Shown in pieces: positions 27,806-37,485 of a DNA stretch of 64,000 bases. The stretch is from the NCBI GenBank assembly GCA_963811165.1, contig CAWEQH010000010.1:512001-576000 (forward strand), read 5' to 3'. The stretch comes from an uncultured Nitrospiraceae bacterium (lineage in GTDB: Bacteria; Nitrospirota; Thermodesulfovibrionia; Thermodesulfovibrionales; UBA6898). Every line of letters starts with the position of its first letter. Positions within the stretch are counted from its first letter, which is position 1. A model generated the notes under the pieces. It was not told the DNA's origin. It worked only from the letters and a program-made list of their open reading frames with translations, and did not search any database. The position numbers were made by a program, and so were the translations under genes.

Positions 27806-28981
27806 ATGAACAAGATTGTACTGAAGACAGAAATAGAGCAGAGATTGCACAACCTCCAGGGACGTCTCGAAAAAGCGGGAATAGACGGTGCGCTCCTGGT
27901 GTATCCAATCGACGTATATTATTTTACGGGATCGAGGCAGAACGCGGCTCTTTGGGTCCCCGCTGAAGGCAGACCGACACTCCTTGTGAGAAAGAGTTTT
28001 GATCGCGCCCTGAAAGAATGTCTTATTGAAGACGTGCGCCCCTTTCCTTCAGGCAGGGAACTCCCCGCTTTTTTCGGTAAGGGGGCCCTGCGGATCGGCC
28101 TTACATTCGACGTGCTGCCCGTCCATCAATACCAATTTTACTCGGACCTTCTGTCCGGAAAAAAATTCGCGGATATTTCAGCAGTCAACCGCGAACTGCG
28201 ATCGGTAAAATCCGCATGGGAGATCGAACAGATGCGCACGAGCTCAAAGATCCTCTGCGGGGCTTTTGCCAGGGTGCCCGAAATCTTAAAACGAGGCATG
28301 CGGGAGCTGGATCTGGCTGCCGAGTTCGAATACCTCTTGAGGAGGTCGGGCAGTGACGGATATCTTCGCATCCGCGCGTTCCATCAGGAGATTGTAGGTC
28401 TCGCCGTGGCAGGAGAGAACGCCGCGATGCCGGGATGCTTTGATGGGGCGGTCACCGGCAAAGGGCTTTCGAGCGCAGCCCCTTATGGATCTTCTAAGGA
28501 CTTGATTCGCGAAGGCGAGCCGATTATTATCGATTATGGACTGATCTATAATGGGTATATCGTCGACATGACGAGGATTTTTGCCTTTGGAGGACTCGAT
28601 CCGGAACTGGAGAAGGCCTTCGATATTTCCCTGGAGATTCAGGCGTGGCTCGTAGAAAACCTAAGGCCTGGAAGCGTGTGCGAGGAACTCTATGCTGGCG
28701 CCGCGGCCATCGCCGATTCTGCCGGCCTGGCGGACAAGTTCATGGGATACCCAGGGGAACAGGCAAGATTCGTGGGCCACGGCGTCGGTCTCGAACTGGA
28801 CGAACTCCCTGTACTTGCTAAGAAATTCCAGTCGCGTCTTGTATCGGGACAGACCGTCGCCATCGAGCCAAAGTTCGTCTTTCCGGGTAAGGGCGTAGTC
28901 GGTATCGAAAATACTTACGCTGTCACTGATTCGAGTTGTGAGAGACTCACACTCCTCCCTGACCAGCCGATGTACTTATAG
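27806..28981 (+). CDS. Xaa-Pro aminopeptidase family (M24) peptidase
   Basis: LRSVKSAWEI, IDYG..YNGYIVDMTR, VGHGVGLELDE, AIEPK, GIEN metal-ligand motifs. Confidence 0.9.
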   Translation: MNKIVLKTEIEQRLHNLQGRLEKAGIDGALLVYPIDVYYFTGSRQNAALWVPAEGRPTLLVRKSFDRALKECLIEDVRPFPSGRELPAFFGKGALRIGLTFDVLPVHQYQFYSDLLSGKKFADISAVNRELRSVKSAWEIEQMRTSSKILCGAFARVPEILKRGMRELDLAAEFEYLLRRSGSDGYLRIRAFHQEIVGLAVAGENAAMPGCFDGAVTGKGLSSAAPYGSSKDLIREGEPIIIDYGLIYNGYIVDMTRIFAFGGLDPELEKAFDISLEIQAWLVENLRPGSVCEELYAGAAAIADSAGLADKFMGYPGEQARFVGHGVGLELDELPVLAKKFQSRLVSGQTVAIEPKFVFPGKGVVGIENTYAVTDSSCERLTLLPDQPMYL

Positions 28982-29308
28982 CAGTTCCCGAGAGAGACTT
29001 CACCTTTTATGTTGGGTTAAAAATGCATCTTCCTAATCTTTATTGCTCTCAATAGAAGTTTCTACTAATTTCAAAGTTTCGTATCAAATATTTGTATTAA
29101 CCCGTTGCAAATAGCCGATAGTCCTTTCATTTCTTGAATACAGGATATTATTTATCCTAAATAGTCTGATTTCATCTTAATTGGCCTAAAAACACTATAT
29201 AGCGCCTTTGTAATTACTCCGTAAACGGAATATAGTTATTTTAAGAGTTTGATATATTAATTAGGGATATCGAAAAGATAAAAGGATATCCGGAAAAAGG
29301 AGAATACT

Positions 29309-29605
29309 ATGGAGATCAGAGATTATTGCACAAACGTAACGGCAGAATTGTCAGGATGGAAGGCCAGAGTAGATGACGTGGTCAAGAAACTGGATCATGC
29401 TTCGACAGGGGACAAGGAAAGGGTGGTCCCGGAAGTCAATGAGTTGCACATGCTCGCAGACGAGCTTAACGACAGGATAGAAGGGCTGACCCGGACTTGT
29501 ATGACGAGTTGGCAACCCCAAAGGGAAGCCGGTCATGATGTCATCTGGCCTGAGCAGTCAGCAAGACTGTGGGAAACCATATCGCAAAGCGATATAGGGG
29601 GATGA
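29309..29605 (+). CDS. Hypothetical coiled-coil protein
   Basis: 98 aa, DYC....ELSGWKA; AAGGAG RBS; terminator follows. Confidence 0.65.
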   Translation: MEIRDYCTNVTAELSGWKARVDDVVKKLDHASTGDKERVVPEVNELHMLADELNDRIEGLTRTCMTSWQPQREAGHDVIWPEQSARLWETISQSDIGG

Positions 29606-29637
29606 CCCTCAACGGAGCATGAACCGGTAAATTACTG

Positions 29638-29668
29638 AAGGCCATCCAGGGTTCGGGATGGCCTTTTT
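29638..29668 (+). terminator. Rho-independent terminator
   Basis: AAGGCCATCC-loop-GGATGGCCTT followed by a T run. Confidence 0.7.
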
Positions 29669-29697
29669 AATGCCCGGCGACGGAAAGTATCTTCGAG

Positions 29698-29803
29698 TCA
29701 GTCCCAGTCCAGGCGCTTGTTGCCCTTCGAGCCCCCTGACGGATGTAACATCCTGACAGACTTCGAGTGTACCCAGGTAATTGCCTTTGTCGTCCTGCAC
29801 CAC
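29698..29803 (-). pseudogene. 3' remnant of a PAS_10/DUF438-type gene
   Basis: VVQDDKGNYLGTLEVCQDVTSVRGLEGQ then, one base shifted, KRLDWD-stop; resembles the C-terminus of DUF438/PAS proteins; no upstream coding part. Confidence 0.55.
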
Positions 29804-29985
29804 ACCTTTTACCATCCGGCATTCGCTTTTTTAATATTGCGCTTCATATAATCGTGGCGTATTATATTTTCATACAGGGCAGTTTTTTCAGCCGATTGAA
29901 TACAAAAAACTACATCAAGAGGGCGGGAGATAATATGCGCTTGCTGCTACCTGTTCGATGATCTGTATTATAGGGGGATCTTTAT

Positions 29986-30786
29986 ATGGAAGGTAAATAT
30001 AAAATTACGTCAAGTCGCGACCGCGAATTAAATAGCAAATTTGTGTGTGATGACGAGACGTACGAAGTCGCAACAGAAGATTTGGGCGTCAAAAAATGCA
30101 AAATCGTCACCAGGATATATTTAGGGGGAGAGATACTTTCCTCGACGACTTATGATTACGCTCATTATATCGCACTCCCCGATCTTAAGGATAAACTCAA
30201 GTCCATTATGGAAAAACAGCACAAGGCTGCAAGGGAAACATTCATAGGAGAGCGCTCCAGGCCGAGAAAATCGAAAGCCCATTATGCCCAAACAATCAAG
30301 CGATACCTGGCAGGCAACGACAAGAAAGCTGCTCTTACGGTAGCCGAAGAAGCTCTTAAGAGCTTCCCTTCCGACCCATTTTTCCTTTCCCACTACGGCT
30401 ATCTGACGGGATCGGTAGAAAAGAGGTGGCGGGAAGGGGCAAGATTGTGCGAGGAGGCGGTCAAATTTTTGAGGGCGTCGCAATCCACTGACATGGTTTT
30501 TTTTCTGCCGATTTTTTATCTCAATTTGGGCAGGGTCTATTTGAACGTCAATAAAAAAGAGGCCGCGTTAAACGCCTTCCGGGAGGGGTTGCAATTCGAT
30601 TTTTCTGATAGCGAGTTGCTCTCTGAGATAAAAAGTCTCGGTCTTAGAAAAGGGCGCGTAGTCCCTTTTCTGGATCGCGGGAATCCCATAAATAAATATT
30701 TGGGAAAGCTCCGGCATAACCTGCAAAGACCAAATGACGGAGTTTACACGACACAGAAGTCAGAGGCGATATGGGACAGGATATAG
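29986..30786 (+). CDS. TPR-containing hypothetical protein
   Basis: N-terminal YEVATEDLG...IVTRIYLGGEIL domain; TPR-like helices (FYLNLGRVYL..A..AFREGL); C-terminal PFL.R.NP.NKYLG. Confidence 0.7.
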   Translation: MEGKYKITSSRDRELNSKFVCDDETYEVATEDLGVKKCKIVTRIYLGGEILSSTTYDYAHYIALPDLKDKLKSIMEKQHKAARETFIGERSRPRKSKAHYAQTIKRYLAGNDKKAALTVAEEALKSFPSDPFFLSHYGYLTGSVEKRWREGARLCEEAVKFLRASQSTDMVFFLPIFYLNLGRVYLNVNKKEAALNAFREGLQFDFSDSELLSEIKSLGLRKGRVVPFLDRGNPINKYLGKLRHNLQRPNDGVYTTQKSEAIWDRI

Positions 30787-31041
30787 AAGAAGACCAGACA
30801 TCGAAAAATTTATCGATTGACAGGACGGAAGGAATAAGCTTATCATAGGTCAACAAGGTGATGCGCAAAAAGCCAAGATAGAGGCCTACCAAAGCTGTAA
30901 CACATCTTTAAAGTCCCGCAGGTCTTCGGTGTTGTTCCGACTTCGCTATCAGTTTTTAGACATCTATACTATTAAAATTAAAACAGAATTGCGGGCTTGC
31001 AGACAATATGTCCTGACAGCCCTTGACAGAAAGAGGGACAC

Positions 31042-32388
31042 ATGAGTTTTGATTCGTTTAATCTACATCCGCAGATCGCTGCCGGCATCAGGACGCTCGG
31101 CTATCATACACCAACCCCTATCCAGAACCAGGCCATTCCGAAGGTCCTCGAAGGACGCGACGTCATGGGCCTTGCGCAGACCGGCACGGGAAAGACAGCT
31201 GCTTTTGCGCTGCCCATTCTCGAGCGCCTTATGAATGGTCCGCGAGGCCGCGTCCGTGCCCTCGTCGTCGCACCGACACGAGAGTTGGCGGAACAGATCC
31301 ATGAGGCGATGGGTGACCTGGGACGGCAAACGCGTCTGCGGAGCACAACGATCTACGGCGGTGTGAGTATAAATCCTCAGATACAGAAGTTGCGTACCGG
31401 CACCGAGATCGTCGTCGCCTGTCCCGGTCGCCTGCTCGACCATATAAGCCAAGGGACGATCGACCTGACGCACGTGGAGGTACTCGTCCTTGACGAAGCC
31501 GACCGCATGTTTGACATGGGCTTCCTGCCTGATGTCCGTAAGATCATCAAACATGTGCCGGCAAAGCGCCAGACGCTCCTTTTTTCGGCAACCATGCCGG
31601 AAGATATCCGGCGACTCGCACACGAAATCCTGCGCACCCCGCTGACTGTACAGGTCGGACACGCCGCTCCTGCCAATACGGTGAGCCATGCGCTCTACCC
31701 CGTCGACCAGCATCTAAAGACAGCGCTGCTCCTCGAATTACTTCGCAATACGGACACAGAATCGGTCCTGATTTTTACGAGGACCAAACACCGCGCGAAG
31801 CGCCTTGGTCAGCAGTTGGAAAAAGCAGGTTACCGTGCCGCATCGCTGCAGGGGAACCTGTCTCAGAACAGGCGCCAGGAGGCGCTTGACGGCTTCCGGA
31901 ACGGTTCTTACCAGATTCTCGTGGCCACCGATATTGCGGCCCGCGGCATCGACGTCTCAAGCATATCGCACGTTATCAACTACGACATGCCCGGCACCGC
32001 CGACGCATACACTCACCGCATCGGGCGGACCGGCCGCGCTGCAAAAACCGGAGATGCCTTCACATTTATCACTTATGAAGACGAGGATATGGTGGCAAGC
32101 ATCGAGCGTCTTCTTCGCGAAAAAGTGGAGCGACGCACTTTGGAGGGTTTTGATTACAAAAAGTCTGCGCCTGCGCGCGATGCCGAGTTTGCCCGGCCGC
32201 CGCGTGAACCGCGGAACCGCCGCAAACCTGCTCAGGAAATCCGGAAGAGCGGCGCAGGGGAAGGCAAGAGCTCACAGGACCGGAAGCACGGAAGACCTGC
32301 GGATATCGAAAACGGAAAAACGACTCAGAAAGCATCTCAACGTCGGGACGCGCACCGGAGTGCCTTTTCCAGACATATCTCAAACTAA
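31042..32388 (+). CDS. rhlE: DEAD-box RNA helicase (RhlE-like)
   Basis: Q motif PTPIQ, AQTGTGKT, PTRELA, DEAD, SAT, ARGID, HRIGRTGRA; basic C-terminal tail. Confidence 0.92.
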   Translation: MSFDSFNLHPQIAAGIRTLGYHTPTPIQNQAIPKVLEGRDVMGLAQTGTGKTAAFALPILERLMNGPRGRVRALVVAPTRELAEQIHEAMGDLGRQTRLRSTTIYGGVSINPQIQKLRTGTEIVVACPGRLLDHISQGTIDLTHVEVLVLDEADRMFDMGFLPDVRKIIKHVPAKRQTLLFSATMPEDIRRLAHEILRTPLTVQVGHAAPANTVSHALYPVDQHLKTALLLELLRNTDTESVLIFTRTKHRAKRLGQQLEKAGYRAASLQGNLSQNRRQEALDGFRNGSYQILVATDIAARGIDVSSISHVINYDMPGTADAYTHRIGRTGRAAKTGDAFTFITYEDEDMVASIERLLREKVERRTLEGFDYKKSAPARDAEFARPPREPRNRRKPAQEIRKSGAGEGKSSQDRKHGRPADIENGKTTQKASQRRDAHRSAFSRHISN

Positions 32389-32429
32389 TAAATATTTTCC
32401 AAAAGAAACCTAGCGGCAAGATTTCGCTA

Positions 32430-32855
32430 ATGACAGGTAAGATTATGACAGACAGGATCACAGCCGGCGGAGATATCGACTCGTACTGCACGAAATGCAG
32501 GCTCAATCTAGAGCACATAATAGTGGCGATGGTAGGGAATGCCGTTGTTAAGGTAAAGTGCAAGACCTGCGGCAGCATGCACAGGTTCAAAAACGCTCAG
32601 GCAGCAAGGCCGGGAACTACCCGTAAGAAGAGTGCAGCATTGAAGCCTTTTGCCGGGACCAACGCCGTATGGGAAACCGCAATGGGGGCCGCATGCGGGC
32701 CTGAACTTGACTATGATATGACGCGTTCATATCGCGCAGGCGACGTGATAGTGCATCCCGTCTTCGGGAAGGGCATTGTGCAGAAGACTTTTTTAAGGAA
32801 GTGCTCCGTCCTTTTCAAAGACAAAGAGAGGTTGCTCCTCACTTCTAACACATAG
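32430..32855 (+). CDS. Zinc-ribbon hypothetical protein
   Basis: CTKC...CKTC pairs; C-terminal HPVFGKG SH3/Tudor-like motif; start 32430 or 32445. Confidence 0.7.
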   Translation: MTGKIMTDRITAGGDIDSYCTKCRLNLEHIIVAMVGNAVVKVKCKTCGSMHRFKNAQAARPGTTRKKSAALKPFAGTNAVWETAMGAACGPELDYDMTRSYRAGDVIVHPVFGKGIVQKTFLRKCSVLFKDKERLLLTSNT

Positions 32856-32897
32856 TCCGACGATGATTTACTCAGGCTTTCCGTTGTAGTATAGAAG

Positions 32898-33596
32898 GTG
32901 GACATCAGAGAGCATTACATAACTTCCTTCTTCTTTCACATTATTGCGCTGTTGATTGCTGCCGCTTTTTCACAATCTCATTTAAAGGCACCTGATACGC
33001 TGACAGTCTCACTATCTGCAGGTCCTTTTGATCAATCGTCTGTAGCCAGTTCTGATAAAGTTAAAGAAACGCATGAGATTACTAAGCTGACGCAGCTGAT
33101 TTCAAACGACAATACTTTTGTGGACACGGACGAAACTCCCTTGCTAGAGAAAGTGACCGCAGCAGAAAAACCGGAGGAGATTTCTCCGCCCGAGAAGATT
33201 CCCGAGTCTCAGGAGCAGGCCGCTACGGGTATTTCTGGCACTTCGCAAGAAACGGTGTGGCTCGCACAGATCCACCATTCCTACTTAATGCAGACCCGCG
33301 TCTTTATGGACAACTTCTCGCAATCTATCCGGGAAGGCCTGCTCAAGGCGATAGAGAGCGACCTGGCCGGGGGCCTGCGTGAAGGGACTGCTGAAGTTAC
33401 CTTCTTCTTTAACGATGAAGGCGGGTTCGGTGAAGTCTGGGGCGCGACTAGTTCAGAAGTGCTGAAGTCGGCCTTAAATCGTCTCGACTGGCAGTCGGTC
33501 CCTCTGCCGGGCGCATACAGACTCAAGCTAAAGGGTCTCCATGTCAAAATAAGTATCGAAAAGGGTGAACCCTCTCTTTCCTTTACAGTGCTGTAG
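32898..33596 (+). CDS. TonB/TolA-like membrane-anchored protein
   Basis: N-terminal TM with SxxxH (SFFFH), Pro/Glu-rich linker, alpha/beta C-terminal domain with ..P.P. Confidence 0.45.
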   Translation: MDIREHYITSFFFHIIALLIAAAFSQSHLKAPDTLTVSLSAGPFDQSSVASSDKVKETHEITKLTQLISNDNTFVDTDETPLLEKVTAAEKPEEISPPEKIPESQEQAATGISGTSQETVWLAQIHHSYLMQTRVFMDNFSQSIREGLLKAIESDLAGGLREGTAEVTFFFNDEGGFGEVWGATSSEVLKSALNRLDWQSVPLPGAYRLKLKGLHVKISIEKGEPSLSFTVL

Positions 33597-33826
33597 ACAG
33601 TAGCAGCCTCATTCTGCGGCCCTTGAACTATATCTTCCTTTTCTGGACCCCTTGCCTGCAACTCATATCGGTCTTTCCCCGTGTTATCCAGGATTATCAT
33701 CGGCATGAAAATCAGACAGTTTCTGATATGCTAAACAAACCAAATGGTTTATAATATAAATAAGGAATTGGAAATGAGTCATAAATCCTAAAGAAAGGGG
33801 AGAATATTCCCTGAAAGGAGATCACG

Positions 33827-34297
33827 ATGAGGAAATATGAAGGTAAATCCGGGGATATTTTAGATAAGATCGCAGGTTGGCAGTCCATTGAGACCGAAAA
33901 TATGGAGCAGACGAGCAAGGCCATTCCAAATGCAAAAAATCCTCTCATAAAGGCAATGTTGCAGGCGCTTAGGCTAGAAGCTGAAAAAAGTCGCGTCCTT
34001 CAGCAAATGATCGTCGATAGTATAAGAAAAGAGGCCGTTCATCTGAGTCCGGATGAACTCCAAAATCTCTCGGGCCATCTAAACAGGCATATGAAGGCCG
34101 AAGAAAAGGCCCTTACGATCGCAAAGGAGGCATTCAAAGAAAGCGAACTGGCAATTCCGCGCTATCTTCTTTCATATCTCATTGGTGATGTGAAGAAACA
34201 GAATGCCTTGCTCAGACATTTTGACGACGCGCTTAAGACCGCCTCGATACCGACTTCGGCCACATCGAAGACATTCGGTTCTTCCAGGGCCGCGTGA
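33827..34297 (+). CDS. Hypothetical helical (possibly ferritin-like) protein
   Basis: Helical pattern, NPLIKAM, H.KAEE; AAGGAG RBS. Confidence 0.55.
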   Translation: MRKYEGKSGDILDKIAGWQSIETENMEQTSKAIPNAKNPLIKAMLQALRLEAEKSRVLQQMIVDSIRKEAVHLSPDELQNLSGHLNRHMKAEEKALTIAKEAFKESELAIPRYLLSYLIGDVKKQNALLRHFDDALKTASIPTSATSKTFGSSRAA

Positions 34298-34331
34298 AAG
34301 GTATTGTCTGCGGCGTTTCAGACTTGCATGC

Positions 34332-34363
34332 ATCCCGTCCCTCCCGTTGGGCGGGATTTTTTT
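34332..34363 (+). terminator. Rho-independent terminator
   Basis: ATCCCGTCC-loop-GGGCGGGAT plus T run between convergent genes. Confidence 0.6.
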
Positions 34364-34386
34364 GATGCCAAGAGAAAGATGGTCGA

Positions 34387-35454
34387 TTAAGAATAAATCA
34401 GCTTTCTTTCCAGATCGGTAGAGCGGGAAATCCGTTTTGCCTCTTCAAGGGTTATGACCTCCTGCCTGCAAAGTTGAATCAAATGCTGGTCCAGGGTCTG
34501 CATATGGTATTCATCGCGTCCTTTTTCAACGTATTGTTCAATTTCATCGAGGTGCCCATCCCGAATACAGGCCTTGATCGTGGACGTCGCAGACATAATC
34601 TCCATGGCCGGAAGCACGATTTCGCCGCTTTTTCCCCTTACGAGCCTCAATGATATCGTTGCAACGAGGATCTCCGCAAGCCTGTGACGGACATTCTCCT
34701 GCACCTGCGACGGGAAATATCCAACGATGCGGCTGATGGTAGAAGCAGCGTTGTGGGTATGCAGAGTTGACAGGACAAGATGCCCGGTCTCTGCCGCCTT
34801 GATACAGGCGTCAATCGTTTCCAGGTCCCGCATCTCACCCACCATGATCACATCCGGATCCATGCGCATGGCCGTCTTCAGTGCCCCGCTGAAGCCGTCA
34901 GTATCGATACCAACTTCCCTCTGGATAATACAGCTCTTATTTGAATGAAAAATAAACTCGATCGGATCTTCTATGGTAATGACGCTATAATTGAAATTGT
35001 CGTTGATATGCCGGATCATCGAAGCCAGCGTAGTGGATTTACCGTTGCCGGTAGGACCGCAGACAAGGATAAGGCCGTTCGGGGCCTTCGTGATATTCCC
35101 CAATACAGTCGGGAGATTCAACTCCCCGAAAGTGCCGATATGGTGAGGTATTACGCGCATCACCAGACCGATATTGCCCCGTTGGCGAAAGATACTGACA
35201 CGAAAACGGCCGACATTTACCAGATTATAAGAGGTATCGAATTCCTTTAAGTCTTCCGGCAGTTTCCGGCTGTGTTGCTCCATGACCGTAGATGCGATGA
35301 ACTCGGTGTCCTTTTTTGTAAGGTTGTTGAGTTTTGAGCGAATCAGGTGGCCGCGGGCCCTGAATATCGGGGGATTGTCCACTTCAAAGTGAATATCAGA
35401 GACCTTTTTTTCAAAGGCGATTTCAAGAATTTGAGAAAAGGTAGCAGCGTCCAT
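34387..35454 (-). CDS. pilT: PilT/PilU family type IV pilus retraction ATPase
   Basis: SDIHF, GRFRV, GPTGNGKSTTLAS, TIEDPIEF, QREVG, DPDVIMVGEMRD, AETGHLVLSTLH. Confidence 0.9.
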   Translation of the reverse strand: MDAATFSQILEIAFEKKVSDIHFEVDNPPIFRARGHLIRSKLNNLTKKDTEFIASTVMEQHSRKLPEDLKEFDTSYNLVNVGRFRVSIFRQRGNIGLVMRVIPHHIGTFGELNLPTVLGNITKAPNGLILVCGPTGNGKSTTLASMIRHINDNFNYSVITIEDPIEFIFHSNKSCIIQREVGIDTDGFSGALKTAMRMDPDVIMVGEMRDLETIDACIKAAETGHLVLSTLHTHNAASTISRIVGYFPSQVQENVRHRLAEILVATISLRLVRGKSGEIVLPAMEIMSATSTIKACIRDGHLDEIEQYVEKGRDEYHMQTLDQHLIQLCRQEVITLEEAKRISRSTDLERKLIYS

Positions 35455-35489
35455 GGTCGTTTCCCCCTTGAATTTTAGATGGCTTCATT

Positions 35490-37319
35490 TTATTTTGCAT
35501 GCAATTGCCTCTGTGACACCATAGTAAGCTTTTTGCGATAAAGCGCATTTTCCAAAACCAGGCCGGCCTCATTGGCAAGAATTTCCAGCCAATCAGTTTG
35601 CACCCGCATTGCCTCTTTCTCGCCGAAATCTCCATAGGTCAGGGCCACAGTCTTTCCGCGTCTCTTCATGGGAAGGAGGACGATCGTGGGACTCAGGGGC
35701 TCACCTATCGCCTCAAAAAGATCTTTTCTTAGTACCTCATCGTCACTCTCTCCAAAAAAAACTGCCCCCTTTTCCACCGCATCACGGAAAACAGACGACT
35801 TTGACAGCGCAAGTTTAAGCCGCGTTACCGAAGTCGCTCCCGCATTCCTGTCGGCATATACTCCTATGGCCTTTTCTCCGGTAAGCTCCGCCCCCTCAAC
35901 AATAAACGTAATGGACCGTTCAAATATCTCAGAAACGGACTGAAGAAGCGCCAGAGGCACTTCGGAAGGTTCATTAATGTCCCGAATAGCCAGGATACGA
36001 TCTTTGATTTTGCTCAGCCGACTTCCCGCCGAAACCGATTCCTGCTGCTCTTGAAAAAAGCCCTGGATATACGACTTGAGAGTTTCCAATAAATAAATCG
36101 TGTCGGGAATAAATGTTGCCTTTTGGCCTTCCCTTGACGGTTTGGGAAAAACCGCTCTGATGCCGTCACGAAAAGCCTGTAACGCGAAGGGGTAATCCGA
36201 TAAAGAGGTCATCTGGATTATGGAAACCTGAGGATATCGCTCTCTGATCTGCCGCCGCAGTCTCACGGTTTTTTCACGGGAACATATTCCCTCGTGAGTT
36301 TCAGGATCGTCAAAGACCAGGACAGGCAACACCTTTATTTTTAGACATTGCTCTATTATGCGATCAAGCTCTTCACCTCCCGCCACGGCAAATACAAGGA
36401 CATCTTGGGCTTTGCAGATAGTCATGACCGAGTGTTTGATAAGTTCATCCTCGCTAAAAAGTATGAGGCCTTTAGCCTCGCCATCCTGCCTTTGCGGCCC
36501 ATCATGGACCGTCCGGCCTATCGTAGCTTTTTCCAAAAAAAAGACAAACGCCTCCTGTTCTTCAGCTGAAAAACCCTCCAGCGTCTCCCTTATTTTTTGG
36601 CGGTGGATTTCTGCGGGGTCAAAGGTTTCATCATCAGGAAGAAACTCGGGCATTTTCCGCTCCATATGGTCGATATCGCCCAGACCCAGGTCATCCGCAG
36701 TAATGACCGGCCCATTTCCTCCGTCTTTCACTGTCCCCTCCGGCTGGACCACATCTGTAAATAACTCTTCATCCGACGTGACAATCTTGCCGGCATTGCG
36801 ATCACGCTCCTGTTCGTCATAAATGCGAAGGGCATCCATCAACAACATTTGGGCATCGAGATTTATTTCCTGTTCCATCTTGCTCAGAGGATAACTGCAC
36901 TCCGGAGACACAGCAATTGTTTCAGTATCAAGCGTAAAAGTCCCCTCCTTCCAGCCTATCATTTCAACCAATACTATTTCGATCAATTTTTTAAGCGCCC
37001 TGCCCGCTTGCTCGCGTCCAAGTTTGCCCAGTCCGATAAGGGTCGAAATCAGGGGCATGCGGTTTTTTCCGGCATTTTTTTGAATCTCTAAAGCCCGTTC
37101 GAGGTCTTCGATGGTTATCGCGTTCATCTTTACCAAAACAGTCCCGATTCGGATCTTGTTATTGAGGTGGCTTGCCCCGACGATATATCCATTACTGAAA
37201 ATAATCCGACTTTCGCCCTTGCTTCCCTTCACAGAGAACGTACCGGACTTCCGCGTCGTATTGACGAGCTGAATTATGTCAATTATATGTAGATGTTCTA
37301 ATTCTCCGGTAAGGGCCAT
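35490..37319 (-). CDS. DUF4388 (PatA-N) domain signalling protein with receiver-like and GAF-like domains
   Basis: MALTGELEHL.I.DIIQLV...RKSG; MshEN-like RIGTVLV..AI...LERALEIQ; W.EGTF; receiver-like region ending FPKP; C-terminal GAF-like LLPM....VALTYGD. Confidence 0.75.
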   Translation of the reverse strand: MALTGELEHLHIIDIIQLVNTTRKSGTFSVKGSKGESRIIFSNGYIVGASHLNNKIRIGTVLVKMNAITIEDLERALEIQKNAGKNRMPLISTLIGLGKLGREQAGRALKKLIEIVLVEMIGWKEGTFTLDTETIAVSPECSYPLSKMEQEINLDAQMLLMDALRIYDEQERDRNAGKIVTSDEELFTDVVQPEGTVKDGGNGPVITADDLGLGDIDHMERKMPEFLPDDETFDPAEIHRQKIRETLEGFSAEEQEAFVFFLEKATIGRTVHDGPQRQDGEAKGLILFSEDELIKHSVMTICKAQDVLVFAVAGGEELDRIIEQCLKIKVLPVLVFDDPETHEGICSREKTVRLRRQIRERYPQVSIIQMTSLSDYPFALQAFRDGIRAVFPKPSREGQKATFIPDTIYLLETLKSYIQGFFQEQQESVSAGSRLSKIKDRILAIRDINEPSEVPLALLQSVSEIFERSITFIVEGAELTGEKAIGVYADRNAGATSVTRLKLALSKSSVFRDAVEKGAVFFGESDDEVLRKDLFEAIGEPLSPTIVLLPMKRRGKTVALTYGDFGEKEAMRVQTDWLEILANEAGLVLENALYRKKLTMVSQRQLHAK

Positions 37320-37435
37320 TGCTGCCTACGCTTTTTTTTGTATAGATGAAGAATACCATAAGAAATGCATGATCGTAAATATAAGAAGCGTATAAAAGAA
37401 TTCACCGTAAGTTTCTCAGCGCCAGGCCCCAAAAC

Positions 37436-37467
37436 AAAAAAAAGGCAGGATGCTCCTGCCTTTTTTT
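37436..37467. terminator. Bidirectional terminator after metF
   Basis: A8-GGCAGGA-TGC-TCCTGCC-T7. Confidence 0.85.
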
Positions 37468-37485
37468 GACCAAAGCCTGAACCCG

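Noticed and set aside
29020..29030. AAATGCATCTT, resembling an NsrR half-site
   Set aside because: Only one half is present, in AT-rich DNA.
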